Positions 17,992-27,787 of a stretch of 64,000 nt of DNA are shown here, in pieces. Source of the stretch: a virus. A model generated the notes under the pieces. It was not told where the DNA came from. It searched no databases and saw nothing but the letters and a program-made list of their open reading frames with translations. The DNA lies in the IMG/VR virus record IMGVR_UViG_3300020147_000009, positions 530 to 64,529 of that record. One strand, given 5' to 3'. Positions within the stretch are counted from its first letter, which is position 1, and every line of letters begins with the position of its first letter. The translations under genes and the position numbers were made by a program.

Positions 17992-18492
17992 CTATGTTGT
18001 TACAGGTTTCTTAAATCTCTTAAGAACTGTCTTTGGTTTCTTTTTACCAAGAATTTCGGCTGCATCTGCTGAGCCGTTTGTAGCAGCTATGTTTCCACCA
18101 CCAACGTTATTAGCGGCAACTTCTTCTGCTATTAGAGTTTCTTCAACGTTCACAACATTTTTAAGTCTGTCATGAATTTCGAAAAGTTTGGATTCGGAAA
18201 TATCGTCGCTGTTTTCGTAATTTTCCTTAACTAGAAAATATGCTGAAACGATATTCTTAAGTTTTGATTCTCCACCTGGAAGCTTATTGATTATTTTCTT
18301 AGTATTAAACACATACCTGTGGAGAAGTGTATATGCTTCTTTTTGTTCTGTTGTTGTAAAATTCTTTGTCGGAATTAGGTTATTACCATTCTCATCAATA
18401 ATTCCAAGCTTATAAGCTGCGGTTTCGGTAAATGGTTTTACCAACATTTCAATAATTCTAAATGTTATTAGGTTATCAACTACTCTTTGCAT
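17992..18492 (-). CDS. hypothetical protein (166 aa)
   Basis: ORF. Confidence 0.5.
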   Translation of the reverse strand: MQRVVDNLITFRIIEMLVKPFTETAAYKLGIIDENGNNLIPTKNFTTTEQKEAYTLLHRYVFNTKKIINKLPGGESKLKNIVSAYFLVKENYENSDDISESKLFEIHDRLKNVVNVEETLIAEEVAANNVGGGNIAATNGSADAAEILGKKKPKTVLKRFKKPVTT

Positions 18493-18866
18493 TATAATTC
18501 TCGCAGTCTTTTAACTACAGATTCATCTAGTGTTATGTCAGATGACTGTAAGTTATATTCAAGGATATATTCCGGAAGCCTATTAAGATATACAATAAAT
18601 GCTAATAAAGATGGCCACTGATGCTTTGGAATTTTATACAAAAGCATATTAGTGGCCATATCACCAAAAACATTGTAAAGGATAATGATATGGTTTAAAA
18701 TCAACCTATCATTTAAATCCTTATTGATGTAATATCTATTGAAAAGCTTCTTTAGATACTTAAACCTACTGAGGTCATTTTCAAATTCTTCAATTGAAAC
18801 CACTGACGCTTTATCGTAGTGATTCATTGCATGTAATAGGAAATTTTCCTCAGTAAGTTTTATCAT
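18492..18866 (-). CDS. hypothetical protein (124 aa)
   Basis: ORF. Confidence 0.5.
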   Translation of the reverse strand: MIKLTEENFLLHAMNHYDKASVVSIEEFENDLSRFKYLKKLFNRYYINKDLNDRLILNHIIILYNVFGDMATNMLLYKIPKHQWPSLLAFIVYLNRLPEYILEYNLQSSDITLDESVVKRLREL

Positions 18867-18874
18867 CCAATTAT

Positions 18875-19726
18875 TTATACTTCGGCTGGAGTTACCGTTA
18901 CTACAGCAACTTCAGAAGCTACTTCTGCAGCAGCTCCGTTTGTAGTTGAGCTTACGACCACTCTGTATTGGCCTGCAACAGTATCATCTTCAGCTGTGAT
19001 TGTAAGAACGTTTGTGTTAACACCATCATATATTTCACCATCATCAATAGTTTCCCAATTGTCTTCAACTTGGAATTCCCAAATATATGAAATACCAGTA
19101 TCTGGAGCTACTGTTACTGACAATTCAACCTCTCCGCCTTCTTCAACCTCAACATCTTCTGGTTGAGCGGTGAAGACGATATCAAAGTCATAAATTCCTT
19201 CAGCAGAATCATCTGAAGCGTCACCAGCGGAAATAGCAGTAACAGAAGAACTCATTGCTACTAAACATTCAGCTCTCCACTTGTCTCCACTATTTTCAGT
19301 ATTCCATCCGTCAAAATACCACCAACCAGGTGTGTTAACACCTTGTTTCTTATTTGTTTCTAATTGAGCTTCATCTCTATCAACGAAAACAATTTTTTTA
19401 TAATCGTATTGAATAGGAGCTAGAACAACCCCAACAGTAAGACCTGTGCCACCAGACATGGATACAGCTGGAAGAGAAACGTCCGCGTCTGTGTAATATC
19501 CTGCTCCTGGGTTTACAAGATTGATTGAACGAACGATACCACCTGATACAACAGCAGTAGCTGTTGCTTGAACTCCATCACCATCCGGAGCAGCAATAGT
19601 TACTGCAACTGCTGCGCCATTAGTATAACCTGTTCCACCGTTCGTAACGTTAATCTTTTTGATTTGGCCGACATCAAGAAATTTTGGTCTTGCTGCACCA
19701 GAATCTGTTTTTCCGAATAAACTCAT
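18875..19726 (-). CDS. putative virion/decoration protein with Gly/Ala/Thr-rich N-domain and acidic Ig-like C-domain (283 aa)
   Basis: ORF preceded by TATAAATA late-promoter motif (19751..19758) and AAGGA SD; composition typical of phage adhesin/Ig-like decoration domains. Confidence 0.5.
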   Translation of the reverse strand: MSLFGKTDSGAARPKFLDVGQIKKINVTNGGTGYTNGAAVAVTIAAPDGDGVQATATAVVSGGIVRSINLVNPGAGYYTDADVSLPAVSMSGGTGLTVGVVLAPIQYDYKKIVFVDRDEAQLETNKKQGVNTPGWWYFDGWNTENSGDKWRAECLVAMSSSVTAISAGDASDDSAEGIYDFDIVFTAQPEDVEVEEGGEVELSVTVAPDTGISYIWEFQVEDNWETIDDGEIYDGVNTNVLTITAEDDTVAGQYRVVVSSTTNGAAAEVASEVAVVTVTPAEV

Positions 19727-19750
19727 TTTTAAGTCCTTTACCTAATATAT

Positions 19751-19758
19751 TATTTATA
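19751..19758 (-). promoter_or_regulatory. T4-type late promoter box TATAAATA
   Basis: Plus-strand tatttata = minus TATAAATA, about 25 nt upstream of ATG at 19726. Confidence 0.45.
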
Positions 19759-19760
19759 AC

Positions 19761-20090
19761 TTATTTAACTTGAAGTCCGTTAGAACCAGACTTAGAGCCT
19801 ACTGGTCGACCTCTTCCTCTTTTTGGAGAATCATCAACAACGTCTGCCTTTTCACCACCTGTTGCTGGACCATGATTCTCCACTTTGGTACCATTAGGTG
19901 TATAGTGATAAGTCTTTTTCATTCCTTCTTTGTCAACCATAGTAATATGAGATTTAGATGGAGAATGTTTAGCGTCAAGAACATTAAAACCTGCATTTTT
20001 ATATGTTGACACCTTATCAAGGAAAGATACATACCCCATACTATCTTCTCTCAACAGGTCAATATCGTCTTTATTTAGTTTGTAGCTCAT
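19761..20090 (-). CDS. hypothetical protein with C-terminal AT-hook-like GRGRPVGSKSG motif (109 aa)
   Basis: ORF; RGRP core of AT-hook. Confidence 0.5.
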   Translation of the reverse strand: MSYKLNKDDIDLLREDSMGYVSFLDKVSTYKNAGFNVLDAKHSPSKSHITMVDKEGMKKTYHYTPNGTKVENHGPATGGEKADVVDDSPKRGRGRPVGSKSGSNGLQVK

Positions 20091-20099
20091 TATATTTCC

Positions 20100-23000
20100 T
20101 TATTTAAATACATGCATTGGGTGTGGTTTATCAACACCAATGTCGTTATCTTTGTGAACAATCTTACCATTTTCCAAATGAATCTTATTACGAATAGTAT
20201 GGGAACCTAAATCTTTTTGAGTTTGGTCGTGTTTAGCATAAATGATATCACCTACTTTTTCATTTGTATGACCTGAACCGACGAAGTATTTATGTTTCCC
20301 TTCTCTATCAGAAACAACATGAACAGTCATCTTATCGTTACCCCACGTATCATGGATATCTTTCAATGAAGACTTGTTTTTGTCATGTAGAATTCTTGAA
20401 GCTGGAAGAGTTGACCTATAATGAGCCTTAGCTTCTTCGTTGATGTCAATCGTATAGTCTTCAAATACAATTTCGATATCTTGATTTTCTTCAAGACTAT
20501 CCCATTCCTTGATGGCATCTGATGCTGACTCAAAATATACTGAAATTACTTCGTCACCAGATTTAAGGCAATATCCAGATTTTGTTTCGATAGTATCTTC
20601 AATGATTTCTGATGTCTTTTCATTTAAATATTCTGAGAATTTGAATGATTTCATTTCTTCTACTTTTTCATTTAATCCACCAATTACTGGGATATCATGT
20701 CCTAGTTTCTTGATGTGTGATTTGGCCTTACCGATGTTTGAATTGTGAACGACAACCTTACCATTCTTAATATCAGCATTAATGTCATTATTTGCTAGAG
20801 ATTGAAGGATATGGTCATGTTCCGTATTTTCATCTATAATCATATCATTTTCATAGTCTTCATGTACAATTTTTATTCCCTTTTTCTCATGGTCCGACAT
20901 ATTTCTCCATGTTGTCATAGCTGAATCAGCTGAATCATGTCTTTTAGAAACATATTTTCCATCTTTTTTCAGATAATGACCCTTACCAGAATATGAATGT
21001 CCTGCATTTGAAACAAGAGAATTATGAGCTGCATGATTTTCAGATGAAGGTGATTCTTCTAATGTTGTTTCTTCATTCATTCTTCTAATGTGATTAAATG
21101 ATGAAATGATTCTTCCATTAGATTCAACAGTTTTTATAGTGGAACTACTGCCATCTTTAAAATAGAATTCGTGATGTGTGCCTGTTTTTTGTTTAATCTT
21201 TGGTTCAATAGCATCCTTCTTAAGAATACCCAAAACATGGTTATGAGCAGCATATACACTCTTGTGCTTTGTCATATCCCATTTAATGTTTGTTTCCCCT
21301 TTACCATCTGAATCATGTAAAATCTTATTTCCGTCAACTTCATTCATTGATTCATTTATAGGTAAAGATTCTTCCTTAAGTTGTTCAATATGCTCAGCGC
21401 CATGAACTTTGTAACCATACTTCTTGTAGTGCTTCTTAGCTATTTCAACCGCAGCTTCCTTTGAAGAAGCTTTCACTTTAGCTCTTCTTTCTTTTTGTAC
21501 TTTTCTTTGTATAACAGAAGGATGGTCCGGTTCAGAAACTGTTACAATAACTCTATGATATTCTTCGTTCATATTTAACTCTATTGACTCGTTTAATTTT
21601 CTATCTTTAAACTCTTGAATTTTCTGTTTAATATTTCTTTGACCAGCCCTTGCGTGAATTCCTTTGTGTTTCCATACACCATCTTCTCCCTTATGGAAGT
21701 CACCTACCATATGAGTTGTCTTATTACCACCACTTCCAATACCCATATGTCTCCAAGCTAAAACAGCGTGGTTTCCATCAGCAGAAATATGAGAATGTTC
21801 AATTCCGCCAATATATCCAAATTTATTAGTCTTACGATAATCTCGATTTATTTCCTTGTGAATCTTTCCATGACTCTCAATATCTGTGTTATACCCATCC
21901 TTCTTGGCTTCGTCAAGAGATTCCTTAATAGGTCTATGGGTAAAGATTAATTTCTGATGTTTATCACCATGTTCATGTTCTAGGTGTACAGAAGTACCAT
22001 CCGGATGGTGCATTGAGTCTGAATGTGTTATCATTGATTCAGAACTATGTCTTATATATAGACTTTTCCTGTCTTGTCCCCAACCACGAGGGTGTTGGAA
22101 GCCATGCTTTGCAAGATGGTCATAAATCTTCTGGTGAGAAACATCTTTAGAAACATGGACAACCTTATGATTTGGAATAGCTTGTCCAGTCAAACGATTT
22201 ATGTATGGGTGAGCATCTGTACCCTTCAAATTCTTTTGAGTGTTTTTGATATGCTTATCCATACCAGATAAGGATTTACCTTCATCAAGCTCAGTTGACT
22301 CGCCATAGATACGTTTCTCTCTTTGCTTAGCAAGTTCTGCTGCTAAATTTTGTGTATCTTTTGATGCCTTAACAGAATGCTTATAGTGATTTTCTAAGTA
22401 ATCATCCAACCATTTCTTGCGTTCAGCTGGAGACAAATGACTTGGTGCTTCAGGAACAACACCTTCATGAAGTTCAGGTTTATATTCCCTTTTGAACTTA
22501 GAAAAATCTTTGGCAATGTATTCATGGTCATCTTCTCTACCTTTAAGATGCTTTCCACGATTAGAATCCAAATAATGTTTAATTGTTACATTAGGATTCT
22601 TTACGTCTTTAAGATGTCCTGCCTCACCAACTACTTTCTTTACTTTAGCATGAGTTTTGGAATAGTTTTCATCAGCGTTTTCTGAATGAGTCCCATGGTA
22701 ACCATATCCTTCATTACCAGTTTTAACAGCTTCATCCAACAATTCTTCATTTAGTTTTTTCCAACCTGGCATATATTCTGCGGATTTATTATGTCTTTTA
22801 ATTATAGCTTTATGTAAATCAGATATATTCTCAGATGACTTAACCTTACTCCATTTCACTGGAAGATGTATTCTTTGTTGATATCCTTGTCGAAGAGTAT
22901 GCACACCATCCTCATGTGTTATTCTATATGGACGGTCTTTACCGCTTTTATGGTGAATAACCGTATCTCCTCTATCTTTATAGATATTGTATTCTTTTTT

Positions 23001-23420
23001 TAGTTCATCCTCATGATTTACTTCTTCTATCAATGATTCTTCTTTTAATTTAGGAAGCTCGTCATGATAAATATAACCTTCACCTGCATTTTTATTCCAA
23101 GTTCCTATGGTTCCCTTTTTAGTATGGGTTGCATTATTACCAGAAACGTATCCACCAAGAGATTCTGCCTTTTTCTTCCACTCAGATTTGTCTTGGAACA
23201 ATTCTTTATATTTTGAACCCTCTTTAATAGGAATTTCATCCTTACGCTTTTGTTCTTCATGGTCATTTTCACCATTATGAACAACTATACCAGATTCTCT
23301 ATTAGCACCAACCTTAATCTCACCAGAAGCAATCTTCTTTTTAGTTTCTATCTGCTTTAGTTTAGTTGCCAGAATCTTATGACCGCGGGATTCTAGAATG
23401 TCAGTTAATTTCTTTGCCAT
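20100..23420 (-). CDS. giant hydrophilic His/Lys/Asp/Gly-rich protein (1106 aa), function unknown
   Basis: Uninterrupted 3.3-kb ORF; recurring H-x-DG / GxH / KH segments; translationally coupled to upstream 706-aa gene. Confidence 0.7.
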   Translation of the reverse strand: MAKKLTDILESRGHKILATKLKQIETKKKIASGEIKVGANRESGIVVHNGENDHEEQKRKDEIPIKEGSKYKELFQDKSEWKKKAESLGGYVSGNNATHTKKGTIGTWNKNAGEGYIYHDELPKLKEESLIEEVNHEDELKKEYNIYKDRGDTVIHHKSGKDRPYRITHEDGVHTLRQGYQQRIHLPVKWSKVKSSENISDLHKAIIKRHNKSAEYMPGWKKLNEELLDEAVKTGNEGYGYHGTHSENADENYSKTHAKVKKVVGEAGHLKDVKNPNVTIKHYLDSNRGKHLKGREDDHEYIAKDFSKFKREYKPELHEGVVPEAPSHLSPAERKKWLDDYLENHYKHSVKASKDTQNLAAELAKQREKRIYGESTELDEGKSLSGMDKHIKNTQKNLKGTDAHPYINRLTGQAIPNHKVVHVSKDVSHQKIYDHLAKHGFQHPRGWGQDRKSLYIRHSSESMITHSDSMHHPDGTSVHLEHEHGDKHQKLIFTHRPIKESLDEAKKDGYNTDIESHGKIHKEINRDYRKTNKFGYIGGIEHSHISADGNHAVLAWRHMGIGSGGNKTTHMVGDFHKGEDGVWKHKGIHARAGQRNIKQKIQEFKDRKLNESIELNMNEEYHRVIVTVSEPDHPSVIQRKVQKERRAKVKASSKEAAVEIAKKHYKKYGYKVHGAEHIEQLKEESLPINESMNEVDGNKILHDSDGKGETNIKWDMTKHKSVYAAHNHVLGILKKDAIEPKIKQKTGTHHEFYFKDGSSSTIKTVESNGRIISSFNHIRRMNEETTLEESPSSENHAAHNSLVSNAGHSYSGKGHYLKKDGKYVSKRHDSADSAMTTWRNMSDHEKKGIKIVHEDYENDMIIDENTEHDHILQSLANNDINADIKNGKVVVHNSNIGKAKSHIKKLGHDIPVIGGLNEKVEEMKSFKFSEYLNEKTSEIIEDTIETKSGYCLKSGDEVISVYFESASDAIKEWDSLEENQDIEIVFEDYTIDINEEAKAHYRSTLPASRILHDKNKSSLKDIHDTWGNDKMTVHVVSDREGKHKYFVGSGHTNEKVGDIIYAKHDQTQKDLGSHTIRNKIHLENGKIVHKDNDIGVDKPHPMHVFK

Positions 23421-23421
23421 A

Positions 23422-25542
23422 TTATTGCTCTTTCGTAAATGACTTATGATTCAGTCTGTCTTTTTCTAATTGTTTTACTCTTGGAATAAGCTTAACTGAT
23501 AGTCTATTAAGGATAGCCTTAGACTTAGATAGTCTTTGTTCCAAACGCTCTTTTTCCGCTACCGACAGTTTATCCAAAGGCTTCTTAGCCAATCTTCTCT
23601 TAAGAGCCTTAACAGCAAGTCTTCTAGCTCTCTTGTTGATTGTCTTATTGTCACCCTTACGCTTAAGAGCAAGCTCAAGTCTTCTTTCTCTCTTCGCTTT
23701 AGTTCTTGCGAATCTAATCTTTGCTCTAATTCTTTCTGGTCTTGTCAGAACTTCATTTAATTTCTGAACGGCTTCTTCACTAAGTTCTTCATCTTCTTGG
23801 CTGCAACAAGCAACTTCTTCACCAGTATCAGCATCAATAATTGACAATTCTTCATCGTCATAAGCGTCAAGATAATCTTCTTCAAAGTCTAAGTGAGTAT
23901 TAATAATGCTTTCTAAATCTTCATCAGAAAGAGTATCTTCCAGAGATTGTTCACCATCATCTATAGTGAAGTCATTTAGGCTGTCAGCTTCCTTAATGTA
24001 AACATGCTTTGTTGGCTTATCCTTTTTAGTAAGGTCAACAATTTGAACATGCTTACCTACCTTAACGTCATCCTTAGCTTCCCAATGACCATCATTAATT
24101 TTCTTCATAACATGTTCATGGCTATGTTCTTCAGCTTCATTAATTTTCTTATGATTTTTTAATTCACTGACATGTTTATCCGCATCTTCTTTTGCAGTTT
24201 CACCTTTGAAAGTCTTAACAGTCTTACCGTTAGACATTACTCTATATTCATTATGCCCGATATGTTGTGACCAATGTTCTTCAGATTCTTCCTCAACCAA
24301 GGATTGGTCATAATTAATACCAGCATCCTTAGCAATCTTCAACATATTGTGGAAAGCCTTCCTTGATTTGGAAGTAAGCTTGATTGTTTTTGCTCTCGTT
24401 AAAGCATCATTTACTAACTCTTCTGGGCTCATGCCTCTAACGGCTTCCCCAAAGGTGTTAGCGATAATTACTGCTATCTTTTGTTTGTCAGAAGAATTAG
24501 CGCTCATTTCTATTAGTTCCTTAATGTAGGAGTGATTCTCTATTTGGTTTATATTTTCCAATAAAGAATACGCCTTCTCAACACATTCTTTATTAAATGT
24601 TACGAAATACTTATTTATATTTATAAAAGATGAAACAAGGGCCAGTTTATCCTTGAATTCCCCATTGATGTATGATTCATTGGTCTTTCTGAAAGATTCT
24701 TGAACCTCAACTGGCAAAGATTCAATATTGAAATATTTAGGATGATATTCTGATTTGGAAATTTTAACCTTATCCGGCCATTTCTTACTAATGACTCCGT
24801 CTTCAGTAATTACAGTCAGATAATTTGAACCAATATCTAGGACTTCATATATACCTTTATCATCCTCTACGATATCATCAACCTTGTAAAGTTTTCCTTG
24901 ATAGAAAGCTTCTCTTTCTGGTGCTATTTCAAGTTTAATTTGTTCTTGTATTGATGTTATCCCAAGACCGTTCTGGACGTCACTGAAATATCTCTTAGCA
25001 TCGAATAATGAAAGACTTTTTGGGATGCATTTTTTAAATGATTCGAAGTCTGATTTCCTGGCAAACTCCCTCATCTTTGTTCCGGAAATACCAGAAATTG
25101 ATTCAGAATCTGGGTCTCTGTCTCCAACAGAAACTACCTTTATTGAATCATATTGGTATGATTTACCATTATATTTATTCAGTCTATCCTCATATTCAGC
25201 TACCCTATCAGAGCCGGCTACCATGATGATATTCTTATATTTTCTATTGAGTCTACCAACGAAATGCATGAACGATGGAAGTTCATCAGTCGCTGGAATG
25301 AAATTAGTGCCTTTGGAAATTTTCTTTGCCCAGTAGAGTCTTTTTTCTACTGATAGAGGATTCTTATCTGAATCTTGAGATTTACTAAGAACTATTACAT
25401 GGTCTGCTTCAAGAGAAGCAGCAATTGATTTGACTTTATTTGTTAATAAGTCATGACCGGAAGTATAAGGATTGAATCTACCGAATGCAAATACTACTGT
25501 TGACTTTGGTAGCTTACGCACCAAGGTTTTAAAAGTTTTCAT
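23422..25542 (-). CDS. multidomain protein: N-terminal cytidylyltransferase-like nucleotidyltransferase domain, acidic central region, highly basic C-terminal tail (706 aa)
   Basis: VVFAFGRFNPYTSGHDLL = (G/T)xFxPxTxGH HIGH-type nucleotidyltransferase motif (TagD/PPAT/NMNAT-like); DE-rich stretch ~residues 520-590; C-term RKRERRLELALKRKG...KRRLAKK. Confidence 0.65.
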   Translation of the reverse strand: MKTFKTLVRKLPKSTVVFAFGRFNPYTSGHDLLTNKVKSIAASLEADHVIVLSKSQDSDKNPLSVEKRLYWAKKISKGTNFIPATDELPSFMHFVGRLNRKYKNIIMVAGSDRVAEYEDRLNKYNGKSYQYDSIKVVSVGDRDPDSESISGISGTKMREFARKSDFESFKKCIPKSLSLFDAKRYFSDVQNGLGITSIQEQIKLEIAPEREAFYQGKLYKVDDIVEDDKGIYEVLDIGSNYLTVITEDGVISKKWPDKVKISKSEYHPKYFNIESLPVEVQESFRKTNESYINGEFKDKLALVSSFININKYFVTFNKECVEKAYSLLENINQIENHSYIKELIEMSANSSDKQKIAVIIANTFGEAVRGMSPEELVNDALTRAKTIKLTSKSRKAFHNMLKIAKDAGINYDQSLVEEESEEHWSQHIGHNEYRVMSNGKTVKTFKGETAKEDADKHVSELKNHKKINEAEEHSHEHVMKKINDGHWEAKDDVKVGKHVQIVDLTKKDKPTKHVYIKEADSLNDFTIDDGEQSLEDTLSDEDLESIINTHLDFEEDYLDAYDDEELSIIDADTGEEVACCSQEDEELSEEAVQKLNEVLTRPERIRAKIRFARTKAKRERRLELALKRKGDNKTINKRARRLAVKALKRRLAKKPLDKLSVAEKERLEQRLSKSKAILNRLSVKLIPRVKQLEKDRLNHKSFTKEQ

Positions 25543-25588
25543 TTATTCCATCTATAAAGGGTGATACTACTGATATATTTATTGAATA

Positions 25589-26710
25589 TCAGTCGTTCTT
25601 TTTGAAGTTTTGGTGTGAAAATTCAGTTCTATCAACTAATTTTACACTAGTTTCATAGAATGATGCTACGTAACCTTCGTGAGCACCATCGACACCAAGT
25701 ACAGAATTTTTATTGAGGTCATTGATGATACTTATTTTAAGATAATTAAGGTTATTTATTATCGTCAAAAAGTTCTCGACATGTTCCTGTGGCATTGCTT
25801 CAATTAATTTTTCTTTTTCAGCTTGATATCTGCGTTTTGTTGATTTCATCTTTCTGTTTCTTTTGATGTCATCATAATACTCATGGACAAATCTTATAAA
25901 ATCAACGTAATTACCAGATGGATAATAGCCTTTCCTTATACAATTGTTATAATATCTCTTAAATAAGAGTTTGGCTTTTTCTGTATTATCAACAGCTTCT
26001 ATGAATATGTAAGACTCTTCCAGAAGCTTGAATATATTAACGTGAATATTTCTAAATACATCATTATCTAAAGTTGACGTAACTTCGTCAAAATTATATG
26101 TTGCATCAATACACCACAGGTCACCAAAGTTTTTGAATTGTTCAGAAATTGGTGCACCAAACTCAGCTTTAAGTTTCTTCAAACTAGGTCCTGAATATTT
26201 GGTATGAAAAACTATTCCACATTGAGCATTAACGATATCATTACCTAGTTCACTATTAATAGGAACGAAATACTCAAGAGTATTAGTTTTAAAATAGTAT
26301 GAATCTAATCCTGTGATGATATCATCTTTTGTAAACATCAAGTCGCCTTGATAAATACCTTCTTTAATACCTAGCTGAGAACAAGTATTAAAGATAATCA
26401 TCATCTTATTAGCCAATTCAATATTGTCAATCATCTCATAAATACCATCAATTGACTTGTAAACCTCTGGTTCCTTATTGAATATAGACTTCTTGGCAAC
26501 AAAAAACGCACCATCTTCAGGGTCAATACCGATGAATACAGAAGGGGAGCCGTCATATTTGGTAGACATCTTAAGAACTTTGATGTTATTACCAGCCATC
26601 TTAGATAAGATTAAACTAATAATAGTCAGGGCTGTTACAGCTCCACTAACTCCTTCAAGAGCTAGTTCTTCTATATGTGGTAGGTGATTATTTATCATTT
26701 GACTATACAT
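25589..26710 (-). CDS. rnlA: RNA ligase 1 (T4 RnlA-like)
   Basis: Motif I KYDGS, C-terminal EGYVASFYE...VKLVD resembles T4 Rnl1 EGYVAVMKDGSHFKIK; 373 aa vs 374. Confidence 0.7.
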   Translation of the reverse strand: MYSQMINNHLPHIEELALEGVSGAVTALTIISLILSKMAGNNIKVLKMSTKYDGSPSVFIGIDPEDGAFFVAKKSIFNKEPEVYKSIDGIYEMIDNIELANKMMIIFNTCSQLGIKEGIYQGDLMFTKDDIITGLDSYYFKTNTLEYFVPINSELGNDIVNAQCGIVFHTKYSGPSLKKLKAEFGAPISEQFKNFGDLWCIDATYNFDEVTSTLDNDVFRNIHVNIFKLLEESYIFIEAVDNTEKAKLLFKRYYNNCIRKGYYPSGNYVDFIRFVHEYYDDIKRNRKMKSTKRRYQAEKEKLIEAMPQEHVENFLTIINNLNYLKISIINDLNKNSVLGVDGAHEGYVASFYETSVKLVDRTEFSHQNFKKND

Positions 26711-27765
26711 GTTCCATTAATAACGGTAGGCCATACTTTCGATCTTGCATTTCTAAAAGATAAAATTAATTTTAAGCCTTTTGTTTCAATTAATACATCA
26801 ACATTCTTGGCTTGACCTTTTGGATAATAAATCTTAACACTTTCTATTTCACATAATGACTTTACAGTTTCATTGTCTCTAAAATCAATAAATTTATGAG
26901 TTTTTTCATCAATTGAATTTATGTAGAAATAACCAAAACCAAAACCTGAACAAATAAAATTGAAAACTTTTTCTAGGTCAATCCTATCAGTGACGTCATC
27001 AAACTCTTTGTTTCTATCAGCTGGTCGACCCTTTTTATAATTTTTAAATACAGACGTAAATTCAGATTCGCCAATACCAAATAAATCAAGAATTTGTTTT
27101 CCATATAGGTTTTCAATGACACCAGTAACCATTTCAGTTTCTTTCAAGTACTGAGTAATTCCAGCATTGAAAGCTCTGGTATCCTTACCATATTTTAAAC
27201 TTAGGAAGAAAGTATCACCATCGGCTTCAATTGTAATATCAGCTATGGATTCTCCTTGATTGATGTCTTTACCCATAAGATAAATTCCACCATCGTCAGA
27301 AAATACCATTGGTCTTCTGCTGTTCTTTTCTGCTGTTGAATACACATCTATATTTTTCTTACCTTTCAGTATTTTTTCATAGACATATAAGACAACATCT
27401 CTATGTTTGTAATTATAATCTAAATGTAGAATTTTGGAAAATAATTGTAAGTCAGCGAGGACTTCAATTTCATAAATTTTTCCTCGATTGTTAGCTCCTC
27501 TTCCTGTTCTTCCTCCATCACCAAACTCTGGTGTATGTCGGAGGAAGAACGTCTTCTTCATATCTTTTCTATCAATAATTTCATTTATATCCGCAATTGC
27601 CCATGTAATTTTTGATTTATTTTTCTCTACATTTATAGAGATAGGAGTAGGATGCCAGTTAGACAAATAATTGAACATCTCAACGTAACCCTGAATATAC
27701 ATTTTCTCAATATTAGAATCTAAGATATCCTGAACACACGTAGGCACCAAGGAGAAACCAGCCAT
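26695..27765 (-). CDS. hypothetical protein (356 aa), possible PD-(D/E)xK-like nuclease
   Basis: ORF; weak ADITIEADGDTFFLSLKYGKD nuclease-like pattern only. Confidence 0.5.
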   Translation of the reverse strand: MAGFSLVPTCVQDILDSNIEKMYIQGYVEMFNYLSNWHPTPISINVEKNKSKITWAIADINEIIDRKDMKKTFFLRHTPEFGDGGRTGRGANNRGKIYEIEVLADLQLFSKILHLDYNYKHRDVVLYVYEKILKGKKNIDVYSTAEKNSRRPMVFSDDGGIYLMGKDINQGESIADITIEADGDTFFLSLKYGKDTRAFNAGITQYLKETEMVTGVIENLYGKQILDLFGIGESEFTSVFKNYKKGRPADRNKEFDDVTDRIDLEKVFNFICSGFGFGYFYINSIDEKTHKFIDFRDNETVKSLCEIESVKIYYPKGQAKNVDVLIETKGLKLILSFRNARSKVWPTVINGTCIVK

Positions 27766-27787
27766 AATTTATTTCCTTAAAGAAGTA

